A stretch of DNA of 58,733 nt, the filler included, from Sphacelaria rigidula (lineage: Eukaryota), in assembly GCA_964200075.2 (NCBI GenBank). It is 9 parts of 9 records of this genome, joined end to end, with 100 filler letters (N's around TTAATTAATTAA, not from the genome) between each part and the next. Parts side by side here need not be neighbours in the genome. Positions count along the whole stretch, not along the records: positions 6,538 to 12,974 come from CAXNAA020020065.1; positions 13,075 to 19,511 come from CAXNAA020020066.1; positions 19,612 to 26,048 come from CAXNAA020020067.1; 6 more parts are not named here. One strand, 5' to 3'. Positions within the stretch are counted from its first letter, which is position 1. Each line of letters starts with the position of its first letter. Below the pieces are notes generated by a model that saw only the letters and a list, made by a program, of their open reading frames with translations, was not told where the DNA came from and made no database searches. The position numbers and the translations under genes were made by a program. Shown piece by piece: positions 11,223-24,189 of the stretch.

Positions 11223-12365
11223 CACGGGCACCGTAGGTAAGGTACCGTACCGAGCGTACCCCCGGGATTGATCGGGATATTCCATACCGTGGTACGCGTG
11301 GGTATCGTAAGTGTGAGTTTTGAAAATACCTGGTTGGGCGAGTACGGTAGGTATTGAAATTTCGAAATACTGTAGTATCGTCGGTATCGTGGGTGTGAGT
11401 TTTGAACATACCTGATTGAGCGGGTACGGTAGGTATTGGTATCTCAAAATACCGTGGTATCGTAGGTATCGTGGGCATGGCAGCTGAAAATACCCGATTG
11501 GGCAGGTATGGCAAGTACTGGAATCTCGAAATACCATGGTATAGTGAGTATCGTAGGTATGACATTTGAAAATACCCGATTGGGTCGGTACGGTAGGTAC
11601 TGGTATACTTCCTCCGTGCCATAAGTAAAGTCCGTTATGGGGGGCAGATCGTATATCGCCAACGGAGTTGCCCACGATGCTATAGTTAGACTTTTTGGAA
11701 AGCTGATGATGTACCGATGCTCGCCTAAATATATATATATATATATAAATAATTATCGACCTACAACCTTAGAATTATAGGGTCAAACATGGCCACATTT
11801 CGACCAAATTTCGACCATATGTACATTGTCGGCCGAATTTCGACGAATTTGGCGTGTTTATTCAAGTATTTGAAGGCTTCAATGTAAACGAGTGGTTTCG
11901 GACTAGGCGTAGCTATCGTACGCCAGCGACGAACCGGAGAAAAAGAGCCAGTTGTATTTTTTTTCACGATTTTTGCCGTATTTCGGGTTGCTAGGGTTCT
12001 CCTCTGTGTTGGGTTCTCCTCTGTGTTATGGGAAAGGGGTGAAATATGGCCATTTTGAGGCCGGCTGATTTTTTTTCGGCCATTCCCGCACGCTGGCTGC
12101 TGCGCAAACAGGGGGGGGAAAGACGCGATTCAACCGAAAAAAAAACTGAAGACTTGAAAAAAAAACATCGCCTACGGCATTGGACACGGTTAAGGATCCA
12201 TGTGATCATGACGGACTTTGCTTCTGGCACAGAGGAAGTATCGAAATACCGTGGTATCGTAGGTATCGCAGGTATGACACTCAAACATACCCGATTGGGT
12301 CGGTATCGGTAGGGTCTGAGATGTCCGACATACCAGTACCGGGTGCCTGCCTTACCCTATATACC
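11223..12365. mobile_element. Non-autonomous TIR element built of five ~82-bp GGTA/TACC repeats, interrupted by a mariner-type MITE
   Basis: End CACRGGCACCGTAGGTAAGGTA also seen at 25412. Units begin near 11284, 11367, 11448, 11531 and 12246. 12241-12360 is the reverse complement of 25420-25545. Confidence 0.7.
11608..12238. mobile_element. Tc1/mariner-type (Stowaway-like) MITE, 631 bp
   Basis: ~32-bp TIRs CTTCCTCCGTGCCATAAGTAAAGTCCGTTATG / CATGACGGACTTTGCTTCTGGCACAGAGGAAG with TA on both sides. Removing it restores the host repeat unit. Confidence 0.88.
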
Positions 12366-12856
12366 AACTTCAAAACCGTCATCCGGCAGTGCGGAGAAGT
12401 GTTTGAAATCGCTGTGCAAGTTCGGTAATCAAATTTTTCATGTAACCAAGGTGGGCAGCCCCACCCTCACACGCACACAACGCACACAACACTAACCTGC
12501 AGACCTCAAAGCACAACAAAACCCCATCATGACCACCAGCTGAATTGTTGCGATCAGCTGACCGGGTGGGAAACCCAATCCATGGATCGATCATGAATAC
12601 CATGTGGTGATTTTCGTGGTTGTTGACGTGGGTGCAGAGACGAAAACACTCTGAACACAGAGCAGAAGTAAGTGCAAACTTAGAATTCAACAGTCAGATT
12701 TTCATTTCGAGGGGGTAGCGCCGTAATTTGTAGCACTAAGGTGTTGCAGTAGTACGTTGGAGCAGGGTTTGCGTCTCCAGGTGGTTATTTTTCTTCATGT
12801 ACAGCACCCGGCCATGGCGCAGTATCAAAGGGATATATATATATATATATATACAT

Positions 12857-12974
12857 GAGTGATGCTACGGTAGGGGTACACAAAAATTTTCTGAGGTTAG
12901 AATGGTTAGGAGCCCTTTATCTCATCCAAAACACGACTGATGAAAATTTGCGAGAGTACGTCAGGATTACTATT
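12857..12974. mobile_element. Sola-like MITE, ~254-bp family, truncated by the scaffold end
   Basis: GAGTGATGCTACGGTAGGGG start; matches the reverse complement of 17360-17467. Confidence 0.7.
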
Positions 12975-13074
12975 NNNNNNNNNNNNNNNNNNNNNNNNNN
13001 NNNNNNNNNNNNNNNNNNTTAATTAATTAANNNNNNNNNNNNNNNNNNNNNNNNNNNNNNNNNNNNNNNNNNNN

Positions 13075-13178
13075 ACTGATAATCTTGCATTTTGATGACA
13101 GCCAACAATGAGTTGCTTTAGTTTGTGGTATCGCCACTTCCAGAGACATCCACGACTTTTACACTGCCTCATGGGTGT
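13075..13178 (-). mobile_element. Family B element, internal fragment
   Basis: GTGGTATCGCCACTTCCAGAGACA and flanking sequence match 42595-42700. Confidence 0.75.
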
Positions 13179-13200
13179 CCAATCGAAAAGAGGGGGGAGG

Positions 13201-13328
13201 GGGGGGGGGCGTACTCATTTGTTGCTTGCCGTAGTCGTTTGACCATTGACCACGCATCCCTTTCGAGACGGGGGGGGGCGCACTCATTGTTGCTTGCCTG
13301 AGTCGTTTGAGCATCGACCATGCATCCC
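13201..13328 (-). mobile_element. Head-to-tail dimer of C-tailed LINE 3' fragments (family A)
   Basis: Two copies, each abutting a G-run. Flanked by an imperfect duplication CCAATC..AAAAG.GGGGGGAGG (13179-13200, ~13327-13350). Confidence 0.85.
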
Positions 13329-13615
13329 AATCCCAAAAAGGGGGGGGAGGTTGAAGACGTTACGGGAAAAAAAGGACGAACAAGGAAGATATAATACATG
13401 AATGACATGCACGTGTGCTGGTCGTGCTCTTGTAGAAAATCCGGTTGCTGCACTTCTACTGACTGCCGGTTGGGGGGGTGAATGTGACGTTGTGGATAGG
13501 GGCAATAACGACAGACCTCTGCTCATGTGTGTCTTTCCAATTTGGCAGCGCCAAGGTGTCGATCTGTGACTTGTCTTGACTTTGGCACTTGCTTGCGCGT
13601 GCTGTTTGTGGTCAG

Positions 13616-13786
13616 GGTTCGTCGACGAGCCACCTTCAGCAGCAGCAACAGCAACAACAGCAGCAGCAGCCAAAGCACAAGAGCGCCGGGAGCAGTGCAG
13701 CGGAGAAGAAGAAGGGGGGCAAGAGCAAGCACCAGCAACCGGAGGGAGCAGGAGCAAGAGCAGGAGGCACAGCTCACCAGTCGCAA
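13616..13786 (+). CDS. Unidentified protein, poly-Q/K-rich exon
   Basis: gtcag| acceptor and |gtgagg donor, 171 bp phase 0, GSSTSHLQ11PKHKSAG...HQSQ. Confidence 0.6.
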
Positions 13787-15221
13787 GTGAGGCAGGAAAG
13801 TTCGCTGCCACACAAGAAGACGTCCCACGCGGAGGTGAGCGCACGCACGTAACGGCTGCACAGTAGTGGAGTATTCATTTATCATATGGCCACGGCTGGA
13901 TCCCTGGGGTATCCGTTGTTGTTGTTATTATTATGTCCGTTATATCAGCTCGATCTCCCGAACCCGTGGTCACAGAGTGCAGGGAGCATACCACCCATAC
14001 TCATGAATCAAACAGCCCGCAGAGGAAGGCAAGAAATGAAACATGTACACGAAAAAAGTTCAAGTGCGACAAAAAGTAATCAATCGATCAAAATGAATCA
14101 GTAAGTGGTGAAGAGAGTTTTTATACCCCCACGACTAAGCCTCTGTTGCTTGGTGAGGTTGTTGAAGGAGGTAGTGTTCGAAACGTGTTTTTTGTAGTGT
14201 TATTGTCCGAGGCGGGGGAGGAAGGCAGGGGGGTGGTTTTCCTCTGTAAAACTGTAGGCCATGTGACTGACGATTACAAAATTGATTGTGGATCTCAAAA
14301 TTGAGGCATGTCACCCATGCTTTATTTACTTCACAATAAACGCAAAAGAGAAAACAATACACAGCGCGTTGTCAGTCCTGCAGAGGGACACGTTATTTTC
14401 CCGCGCAAACACTGCTGTGACTTCACCAACCTCATCCCTCGCGAGTGAGCAAGATTGTGATATTTAATCGGTTTCGCTTTACACTCTCGCACATGTCCCT
14501 CATCCTTGGGAGGGGGGGGGGGGGGGCTAATTATCACTGCATGGAGCTGCATCCTGGAAAACGTAATTTGTGGGAAACCACCACAGGAGACGAAAATGCC
14601 CGCAAGTGTCCGTCGAGGGATCACCTTCTTCCATTGGCGACAACAGTAAGATGCGCCGTACGCTTCATGAACATACAGTCGCGGGTTCGGGTCACGGCTC
14701 TCACCAAAAGGGATGAGAAAAGTCAGGCGGGGACGAAAAAAAAGTTCAACGGACGGACGAATTGAATGATCCGTCCGGAAATCACTTGATTTGAGTGTAA
14801 TTGATTCGTGCCGATGAATCAATCCCCAGGCGTTGCTTTCAGCGATGCAACCCAGACACGTGGGATGGCGCAAAAATTGCATACAGACCTTTTTGATCAG
14901 CAGTCAACTTTGTTGCCTCTTTCGGGCAACCAGGCCCGAAAAATCGTGGATTTGGTGATTCGAACCGGCGATGATTCGTCCCAACCGTGAAAAAAAGCTC
15001 GTAATCACAACTGGGGACGAGACGAGTGGTGGGTGACCTCGAAGCAGAGTTCGCAGACCTATGGGGAAAAGTCTTCAGTGGATATTTTTGGCCTGGCAAC
15101 CCAACACACGTGGAAGGCATGTGTGAAGAAAGGTATATATTTTCAGCGCTAGCCGGCGAAAAAGGTTACTCCTACATCCTTCTTCTCGTTGAAACAAGCA
15201 CGAAGATTGATTGAGCCGGTC

Positions 15222-15478
15222 GCCCCGGTGGCTCAGTTGGTAACCTCGAAACCTAATGACGATTGGGTCGTGGGTTCGAATCTGGGTGAAGTCACACCAT
15301 CTGGGATTTTTTCTCACCATGCCCAATAGTGGGGGGTGATGATGTCATGGGTACACGAAATTTGGCTCAAGGGTCGACGAGGGAAAGGGACTGCTGAACC
15401 CTTCTCTCGATGCAAAATAAGGCGAGCACCGCAGAAGGAGCTAGGGTACTACAACCGCTAGAAATAATGAAAAAAAAA
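15222..15478 (+). mobile_element. tRNA-derived SINE
   Basis: GCCCCGG head, A box TGGCTCAGTTGG (15229-15240), B box GGTTCGAATC (15273-15282), unrelated body, A-rich tail. Confidence 0.75.
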
Positions 15479-15778
15479 TCCTGTGCTGGCCTCGCCTCCT
15501 GTATGACCGCGGCTAATACACCCACATATACCGAAAGGTGTAGACTGGCGTCCAGAATAGATGAGATGGCAGCACACACAACACACGAAGACGCTGATAA
15601 AAGGAGGGGATGGTGATGTGGAACGACCGCATGGAAGAGGAAAGTTCCCACGAGTGTCTGTCGAGTAATCACCTTTCACACATTTATCATGAGCAGACGT
15701 ACTCCTTGTCGCTCTTACTCCGCCGCGTCTCATCCCTCGTGCCGTCTCCCGCCCTGTCTAACACAACACGGAAAGCAG

Positions 15779-16021
15779 AAGGCGAAGAAGGCATCCAAGA
15801 AGTCCAAGGACTCTGGCAAAGCCAGTGCAGCGAGTCCTGCTGTTGGTGGGGGCAACGGCAAGAATAACACACAGCAAGACGGCGGCGGTAGCAACAACGG
15901 CCGGTCGTTACCAGAGCTTAGCGACCAGCAGCGCAGGGAGCTTGAAGCCAAGAGGCAAGAGGAGGAGGAAGCTGCACGTCAGAGACGCAAGAAGCTGTGG
16001 GAACTGCAACGCCCGGCGCTT
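15779..16021 (+). CDS. Unidentified protein, K/E/R-rich exon (KAKKASKK...LWELQRPAL)
   Basis: gcag| acceptor and |gtgaga donor, 243 bp phase 0, in frame with neighbouring exons. Confidence 0.65.
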
Positions 16022-16380
16022 GTGAGATGTAGTATTTGTTTTGTACCCAGACCAGTCAGGGGTACACGTCAAAAGGTGGAAACGACATCTGTGTCTCGGG
16101 GTGATCAAAACGGCAAAATAATCCAGTCGCTTAGGGTTGGTTCTTCACAAAAGTTGGGGGAGGGGGTGTTTTATTAGGATTCAAGGTACCCTGAGGTACA
16201 TCTGTGTTTGTGTGCTTTGTGCACCCCTGAACCAGTCGAAAAAAACGGAGAAACTATAAAAAATGAGCGAATGAATGAAGAAGTGACCGTCGGGTCCTGG
16301 TGGTCGAGCTGGTGTTATCATTATCAGCCTGAGTCAGTCCGTGTGGTGAACATGTAAATCATCGCAATCACACGGGTTAG

Positions 16381-16787
16381 TTGATGGTTTGCCTATATCT
16401 TGCTCTGTGGTTCAGTTTGCTCCGTTTGTTACACCTTCCTTTTTTGTTTTCCTCCCCCCCCCCCCCCCCCCCCCCCCCCTTTTTCTCTCCTTTTTTTCTT
16501 TTTTATTCTTTTTTTTTTTGTTTTGTTTTTNNNNNNNNNNCGCAACCCCACGGGGTTGTTTTTGGTTTTCTTTTTTTTTTTTCTGTGGTTTTTTTTTTTC
16601 CCTTTTTTTCCCCTTCCTTTTTTTTTTCCCCCCCCCCCCCCCCCCGCCTTCTCCCTTCTTTCTCTGGCTGTTTTGTTATGCAAGTATTCACGTTTTGTTG
16701 ACCTTTGGGGATGCGAAATGTCTGTGTTGTGAGCCACGGATGGATATCTGGGGGACTTATCAGTTAATGTGCGACAATCAATCAAAC
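16381..16787 (+). mobile_element. RTE-like LINE 3' UTR with (AATC) tail; low-quality interior with a gap
   Basis: Ends CAGTTAATGTGCGACAATCAATCAAAC. Confidence 0.6.
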
Positions 16788-17213
16788 AGTCGAAATTGTC
16801 TCTTTTTTTCATCACATAGTCAAAATCCTACTCGTACAGTGAACCAAACGAAAATACCATAACGAGTACAGAATCCGTACCCGTGGTTCAGCTTTTTGTC
16901 ACAAAGACTGGCACTCGCAGCTGTAACATACATGTATACAATAGTGAGAGCTCCCGTCGGCGCAATGGCTTACAATAATCTTCCTATGTCCACATTGCAG
17001 CCAAGTGATGAATAACGGTCACACTCAATACCAAGTGAATTATGTGGACCATACCAACTTCAAGTCATTTGACCGCTGGTACTTTACACTCAAGTAATTA
17101 GCGTCTCGCTGTCTCAAGTCAGCACTGTCACCATCGCTCATAATGGTGGTCTGTACGCACCCAGTATGATGTTGGGTGGTACTGTACTTACTTGTACTCT
17201 GAAATGTACTCTA

Positions 17214-17467
17214 GAGTGTTGCTGCGGTGAGGGTGGCACATCTGGGCTCATATCTTCCTCATTCAGGGGCTCCTAATATGGGGAGCTACATAAGAATATG
17301 GTTTGGGACACCGCTTTGAACTTCATTCGGGATATCCCCTAGCCCATTCGAAAGCTCGTCGTGGCGTGTTCTCACATTTCTCATGAGTGGTTTATTGGAT
17401 GAGATGGAGGGCTCTCAACAATTCGAACCGCGGAAAATCGTGGTGAGCCCCTACCGTAGCAGCACTC
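17214..17467. mobile_element. Sola-like MITE (254 bp)
   Basis: TIRs GAGTGTTGCTGCGGTGAGGG / CCCCTACCGTAGCAGCACTC, flanks TCTA/TCGA. Confidence 0.7.
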
Positions 17468-17721
17468 TCGACTGAGACTATTGCATGACACGGATTTGTG
17501 AATGAACAAAGATCCGGCGGGCCTAGACGTACTTCGTTATTTGTGGGCCTCTGTGTTTTTCATCGAAATAAGTATCTCGAAACCCCCCAAGCAGGTACCT
17601 ACCATGAGACAACAAAAGATCGACTGCACCTGGCAGCGCAGATTTCTCTGCCGTCACGTGACACCCTGAATGCCTCTCAAAGTGAAACGATTCGTTCAAT
17701 GAAATACGGGGTTCTGCGCAG

Positions 17722-17838
17722 GAGTCCGTGGGACAGGAAGACCGAGGAAAGCCGGTAGTGCCCCCTCCGCCTCAAGACCTGTACAAGCAGGCGTTGCTGA
17801 GGATGCGTGACGTCGACGATTTCGTCGTCCCATCTCCG
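17722..17838 (+). CDS. Unidentified protein, exon (ESVGQEDRGKPVVPPPPQDLYKQALLRMRDVDDFVVPSP)
   Basis: gcgcag| acceptor and |gtgaga donor, 117 bp phase 0. Alternative acceptor possible at 17737. Confidence 0.6.
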
Positions 17839-18877
17839 GTGAGAAGTGGAAGGAGTGCCTCCTTGCCCCCAGTGTTTGCAAAGCAAGAGACGCGCACTGG
17901 TCACGTGTTTGTTGCTGAATTGTGTTGTATGCCAGGGGGCATGTCAAAAAACGGGATTTGTGTACAGGTGTTCGTGTGTTTATTTACGGTTTGCGTGTAC
18001 AATTCCGTAGGAAATGTACCAGGTACTTACAATAGATGTTCATTTGTTCCACAGTCGCCAACCTCATCTTTCTGTGGCAGGGTGCGTAACAAGATTTTGG
18101 AATTCGGAGAATTTGATTTTTGAGATGTGTCTTGAACTCCAGGTTCCTGACATACTCCTTATTTAACAGCTGTTACTTACTGTTGAGTATACTGGGAACC
18201 TCCAGTTTGAGATATAGTTCTATCGAATAGACGCTGCTGATGTTTCTTTGACTATCTTTGCGCCGTGTCACATTTGTCGGGTGATCGGGGAACCATATCA
18301 ACTTTAATATGATCATATGGATCTTCTTCTTGCCATTGATCATCCTCCGACGAGTAGGGCTGACCGTGGGTACCGCAATGCTTTTGCAAGTGACAATGAT
18401 TGTGATTTCACGAATGATCCACCCTGGCGGCCAAAAAGGACTAGGGTTTTAGCTCTTTGACCGCGTGAGTGGTGGGCCACAGTAATGCTTGCGCGAGACG
18501 CTGATATGTATGATATATGTGACCCGTCACGCTTCCCGCCTCCATCCCCCCCCCCCCCCCCCCCCCCCCCCACGCGGGGGGTGTGTGTTAAAATATTGTC
18601 AAGAAAGAGAGAGAAGTTAACACAAAATCTTTTGGGGGGGGGGGGGGGGGGGNNNNNNNNNNGGCAAAAGTAATGTTTGCGGGGGAGGCGGTTATGGATA
18701 AGATTTGTGGCCCCCCCCCCCTCCCCCCCCCCCCCCCCCCCCCCCCCCCCCGCCTTACAAGGTGAGGGTTAGGTATAACAGTAGTGAAATGAAGCAGAGT
18801 CATGATCCAAATCAGTCTCGTGAGGGAGGGAGGGAGGGAGGGAGCCACGGTACAACAGTTTGTGCGATAATATGATG

Positions 18878-18945
18878 TATGGATTGATTGGTTGTCGCAT
18901 ATCAACTGATACTCAGGAAGTATCAGTGGTCATTATCCACAGGAC
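18878..18945 (-). mobile_element. RTE-like LINE extreme 3' end
   Basis: Reverse complement reads GTGGATAATGACCAC...CAGTTGATATGCGACAACCAATCAATCC. Confidence 0.6.
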
Positions 18946-19111
18946 ATCGTGCGTGCGTACGTGTGTGTTGTGTTGAAATCACACCATGAACACTAGATTA
19001 CATTGTCCACAAGTGTACCACGTACAGAATCGATTATTGCGTCTAATGCAGTGTGGTTCAAAAATCAATATGTAGTGCACTAATCTATTGACCTCTTCCT
19101 CCATCCCCCCG

Positions 19112-19420
19112 AGTGGTGAGACACCCACGAAGTAGTGTAAGCCGTGGTTGTCTCTTGAAATGGCGATACCAGGAAATGAAGGAACTCAATCGAGGCTTTT
19201 ATGCTCGTGCGAGATAATCAGTATGCTCCGCTCGAACAATCTCGGCAGGATGCAGCTCACTCTTCATGCTACTCGCTCGCCCAACACATCATCGCACTCT
19301 GCGCTTGGTGCTTGATTGCGAGCCTGGTCCGGCATAAAAACAGCTTGCTCCGTCCCGTCTTTTTGGGGATGCGAGGTCAACGGTCATCTGACTACGGCAT
19401 GCGAGATCACGAGTACCCCT

Positions 19421-19505
<85 letters not shown>

Positions 19506-19511
19506 CCCCCC
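19112..19511 (+). mobile_element. Family B element, 5'-truncated, ending GAGTAC plus a long C-run
   Basis: Homologous to 43862-44162 and the reverse complement of 42410-42700. The upstream flank is C-rich. Confidence 0.85.
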
Positions 19512-20439
19512 NNNNNNNNNNNNNNNNNNNNNNNNNNNNNNNNNNNNNNNNNNNNTTAATTAATTAANNNNNNNNNNNNNNNNNNNNNNNNNNNNNNNNN
19601 NNNNNNNNNNNGGGTTCTCATCCTCAATGAAAAGCACCATCCTCAACATAGATGATCGGCTGTTTAGATGTCTCGTGGGCTGTGGCGTGCTGTAGTAATG
19701 TAGCGTCACTGCCGCAGAGAGGTCATCATCACCCCACTAACACCAGTACCGGTTCTTTCGAGCACATAAGTAAGCGACCACGCCCCCTCGTTTTTGCTAA
19801 ATTTGAATCCATCATCGAAGGATCGCAGAAGTACCCGCCAGACAGCAACAGTGCGCATCACATGTTTACTCTCTCAACGTCTCTACAATGGTTTTGCCAG
19901 GAGACCAACGAGCGAGGCGTGTCGTTTTTTGTCTCGTACGCGCGAAGCGGGCTTCATAGCGTGTCGGCTGCGGTGTGTGGTTTACTTCGTGTGTTGTTGG
20001 TAGTTGTCGACAGGATCACTCACAAAGGCGGAGCCAGCACGNNNNNNNNNNGCGTGACCCCATTATGACGGTATGCCGGCGAAAACGCACAAACCCGTGT
20101 GCAAAAATCTGTGCTCGCCGACCCCCGCCAGTTTGCCCACAATTCTGTGGGACTCGGGCCCCGAATCTTGGCCACGGGTTTTTTCACCCAAAATTGCGAT
20201 AAATCTGTACCCATAACATGGGTGTCACACGAATTTTGAAGATCCGGGGCCGAAGATATGTTGCCATAACATCCGGCCTTACACCAACGTGCATCTTCGA
20301 CCAAACGCTATTTTTTGGCACCAATGTCATGACATTGGCTTTGGTGGCGGTCCGCCATGTGCTGCTCTGTTCTGAGGGGATGTGTACAAAGGAGAACCTC
20401 CCTTATCATGAGCGAATGCCCTTTCACCCCTTGGCTTGT

Positions 20440-21630
20440 AGAGGACAAGTTCACCGATGAAACACAGCCGTCTTGTGACAGCCGTTTTCGAGACAGAACC
20501 CAAGGGATGCGCGACGCTGCTGCTCATGGTATCCAAATTTCCGTACTTTCTCGTTCTAGCACGACGTCGGGCACGCCCTTCACTGCAGATGCGTTGGTGT
20601 GTGGCGTCCACAACTGCTGCTGTTCGTCTTCTTGTCTTGTTATCTTCGCAATGGTGGTAAACGTGGAGTGGCAGCTCGGGGGCGTGCGCTTTCCGAGTAG
20701 TACAGCAGCTGAACACCAGTGCACCAAGAGTTCCCACCCTGGAGCGAGGTATCCGGAGGAACAATATCATCTCAACACCGAGCACTCACAGGTTGGCACC
20801 AAGTTCATAGGTGCGGGTCGCTAGGAAATAATTAAACTGACATCATCGAGTTTTTCGTTGTTTTCCATGATTCTTGTCGGGATTATAGCTGTACACGTGC
20901 GTTACTCAAACCCTAATTGCCAGAGAGGTCAACAAGATTGCACTATTCGGTTATTTGTTGTCCGGGTCTGTTCTGGACTTCAATTTTCTCCGTTTGGTTG
21001 CTATAGCCCAGGACAGCAGAAGGAGGAGAGCTGGGCAGGGGGGGGAAAGTGCAGTCAGCATCGATAATATTTTGATACACACCAAGATGGCACCAAGTCA
21101 AAGCAAGCGAAGCGTACACCTTCGAAAAGAAGCGGCATTCTAGCGCACGGAATCGTATACACACGAGAGATACATTATTGCGTTGGCTGTCTGATGCCCT
21201 GTGTGTAGAGCGCTTGGTTGTCTCCAGCGTTGTACCGCAACAACTTTCTGTCGCGATACCGATTGTATCTGCATCGCAAGAAGATCCGCCAGCGCTGGCC
21301 AGCCAGTTGGCACCGTGCTTGATTGTCAGGCATGTCTGTACGGCATCGATCAACGCGAGTCATCCAGAACAACAGCACGACAGCCTACAAAAGGGGGCCA
21401 GCAGTATTGATGCGCGTGGAATCTTTCTCTCGGGTCCTGTTCCGTCCGAGCAACATGAAATGCCACACAACGACGACGATGGAGCCATCTTGGATCGTGC
21501 GCCGTATCGAAGGCCGTGCAGATGCAGCAGCAACCTAAGCGCAAATGGAGACTGTGTCTTGGATATCATCCTGCCTCCGCACGGTGCTGCACCGCGGCTG
21601 CGGGCACCAGAAGACCGACAAAACCATGTG
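20440..21630 (+). pseudogene. Possible decayed RNI-like leucine-rich-repeat gene
   Basis: Frameshifted LRR-like pieces (IRRNNI, LDFNFLRLVAIAQ, ALYRNNFLS..RLYLH, IQNNS, GASSI). No intact frame. Confidence 0.3.
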
Positions 21631-24189
21631 TGACGGAACCTACACAAAAATCAAGTTTGCACTATGAAATGTACTATGAAACGTAAAGGGACAGGACAAA
21701 TATTCAAACAAAATCACTTGACATTAGTGTTTGTACTATGAAAATAAACCCGTACCTATGGACCCAAGATGGACCACAGGTTTGAAGCATTATGTTTATT
21801 TATTATTACTATTTCCGCACATTAGTCCGATCTCGCGAACCTGTGGTCACAGACGTAGGCTCGCCTTCCCAATACCGTCCTTGCTATTTATAGTATATTT
21901 TTTATGAGTCAGGTCGTTGTTTCTAGGTGACGCGTGTATTTTTGATCGATATGATTCGCCTGATTACGGGCCAGTTCTCACGCATATAGCGTTCGTGATC
22001 CATTTTCCCGAAACATAGTCCCCAAAATCGCCCCCCAGTCCCACCCATACGTAACTGTGTAGTATATCGACCCGTCATTTTTTCCTTGTCAAGCTGCCGC
22101 CCGAGCGAAAGGTAGATGTTGAGCCCTGCTTCGCACTTCATCCTAGTACAGCCTCACTACGAATGCAGCGTCCAATGTGAGGCAAGTGCACCCTGTCTAG
22201 TGAGACGCAGACGGACTGGGACGATTAGATTGGCGATTGTTTAACATTCATGACTAACGGGTATACCTTTCTCAACAAGACAAATGTGGATTTTAGGTTC
22301 CAACATCTATGTTTATTTAGCCAGTGCTTTTGATCCACCCCAGATAGTTCCCGTTTGCCCTTCCCGTACGGTCAGCAGGCTTCAAAAAGGCCTCGCTGCA
22401 TCAATATCAAGAGAAATTCAAGTGATCTCAGTCATAAAATAATTAAAAGTAGTGGTCATGATCATCTAGTACACCGTTAGTGTGTGTTTTTCTACGATCA
22501 CGCTTACTGGTACGGATTGAGCTCCACATGTGAGTGCGGGAACTCTCTGCCTTGGAGTCTAGTGTTGGTTACTAAAACACAACCATCCTCCAGGTATCGT
22601 GCAGTGGGGTCAGGACCAAAAATGAAAAGGGAGAACAGGGAGAAGTGAAGAGAGGAGGAGAAGCGATTTCAAGTACTCACGACTTGGGTATACTACTCGT
22701 GCGATCTACAGGTGAGGTTTTCCTTGACTGTTGGGTGTGTTGGCTCATATCTCGCTCTGCTGTATGTACTGTATGTGAAGTCATAGCAGACCCCTTTGTC
22801 CGTGAACACACTCGTCGTTGGCTTCTCCTTGCTGGCCGTACCGACCGTACTACGAGTATTTACTGTACGGAAAGGGCTAGTCCAGCGAAGATCAGACATG
22901 CTTTGTGAGCAAAGCTGAAAAAGCGCGTGAGCACGCGCCCTCGGGTGCCCCGTCCTCGTGCGAGTGTTGATCACCCAGCTTCAAATGGGCAGGGGCGTGA
23001 CAAGTCTGTGAACATTTAATTCGTACGCTAGAACCATCAAGCAGGAGCATGTTTCTAGAAATCGATCGCGTACATTTCGCGTGTATCCCCCAGAAGTACT
23101 GCAGAACTTGTCCTGTACAGACAGGTGGAAGTCCTACAAAAGCGGTACAGCTAATCATGGTGGTGATTCTCAGAGCACAACGCGTAGATGAATAATCCTG
23201 CAAAACGCTGCTGGCTGTGAGCGACCCTGTCTTAAATTGTATTCCGGTCATTGTTTTGGAGGGGAAATCGTACTGAAACCAACTACGGCATGCTACGCGT
23301 ATACCCAAGCACCCTTGTGAATTTCGCAGTCAAACTAAGATAATTGGCACACTATTGGGCAGTGTTTTCCGCAACAAAAAGAAAAAAAAAGTGTGTATTT
23401 TTTCAAAATATGACCTCCTCTCGCTCCGTTGCAACCTCCCGCAACACGTAAGACCATAATCAACGATAAGAGCTTGTTGGTAGTGCTTCAAATGACATGT
23501 GGCGGAAGTTGAAATTTTCGGCGCCGTGTGGCTCCGATAGCGCGTGCACGGCACAATGTCTGAAGATGGGCAGCTGTACAGACTATATAGGCACGATACT
23601 TGTACAGATCGTCATGTTCCAGAGAACACGACACGACAGGCACTGCACCAGGGTTCACTCACGGTGGGCAAAGTTTGGGCTGCGGGATAGCCGCGTTGAG
23701 GTCGCTCCGGTGCATTCCCCAAAAATCAGTACAGGCTGGGCCGCCTATGAAGCGGACTTTCCTTCAGCTGGTCCTAACTGACGATCTATCGCGAGTTGTG
23801 CCTTCTAGGACACATCGTTATAATCTGCGAATCAACGCGCGTCTTTCACCTTACGTAGCACTGCGATCTGACAAGTTCCCATCGAACGAAATACCTAACT
23901 GCAGCCAGCTGCGAAGTGTAAAGAGTTGAGGGTGGCATGTGCGGCGGAATTAGGGGGGGGAACGGCTGAAATTGCAGTTACGGTAACAGTCAGTCGTGCC
24001 GCGGCCGCAAAATGATGGTGCTGGACTAGTTGTGGTTGTACAACAAGGCATGTACTGTTGGTGCGCAGTGTCTGAGATGGCACGCAGGGCGAGACCTCCA
24101 GCGCGCCAAGGCGTCGCGCTTGTAGAAAACAAAGTCCCGGCTGAGGTTGTTTTACTCTAAAAGCAAGTGAACCCGGTTCTCGAGAGAAA

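Noticed and set aside
11284..11607. CRISPR array, or the 160/173-aa repeat-protein ORFs
   Set aside because: Whole 82-bp units are repeated with no unique spacers; the ORFs are by-products of the repeat.
15222..15295. Functional tRNA gene (also 49775-49848)
   Set aside because: A/B boxes are present, but the acceptor and anticodon stems do not pair convincingly and the sequence continues into a SINE-like body.
17722..17838. Start of a bromodomain
   Set aside because: The resemblance (L..L...D..F..P) is too short, and no following exon was found in the scaffold.
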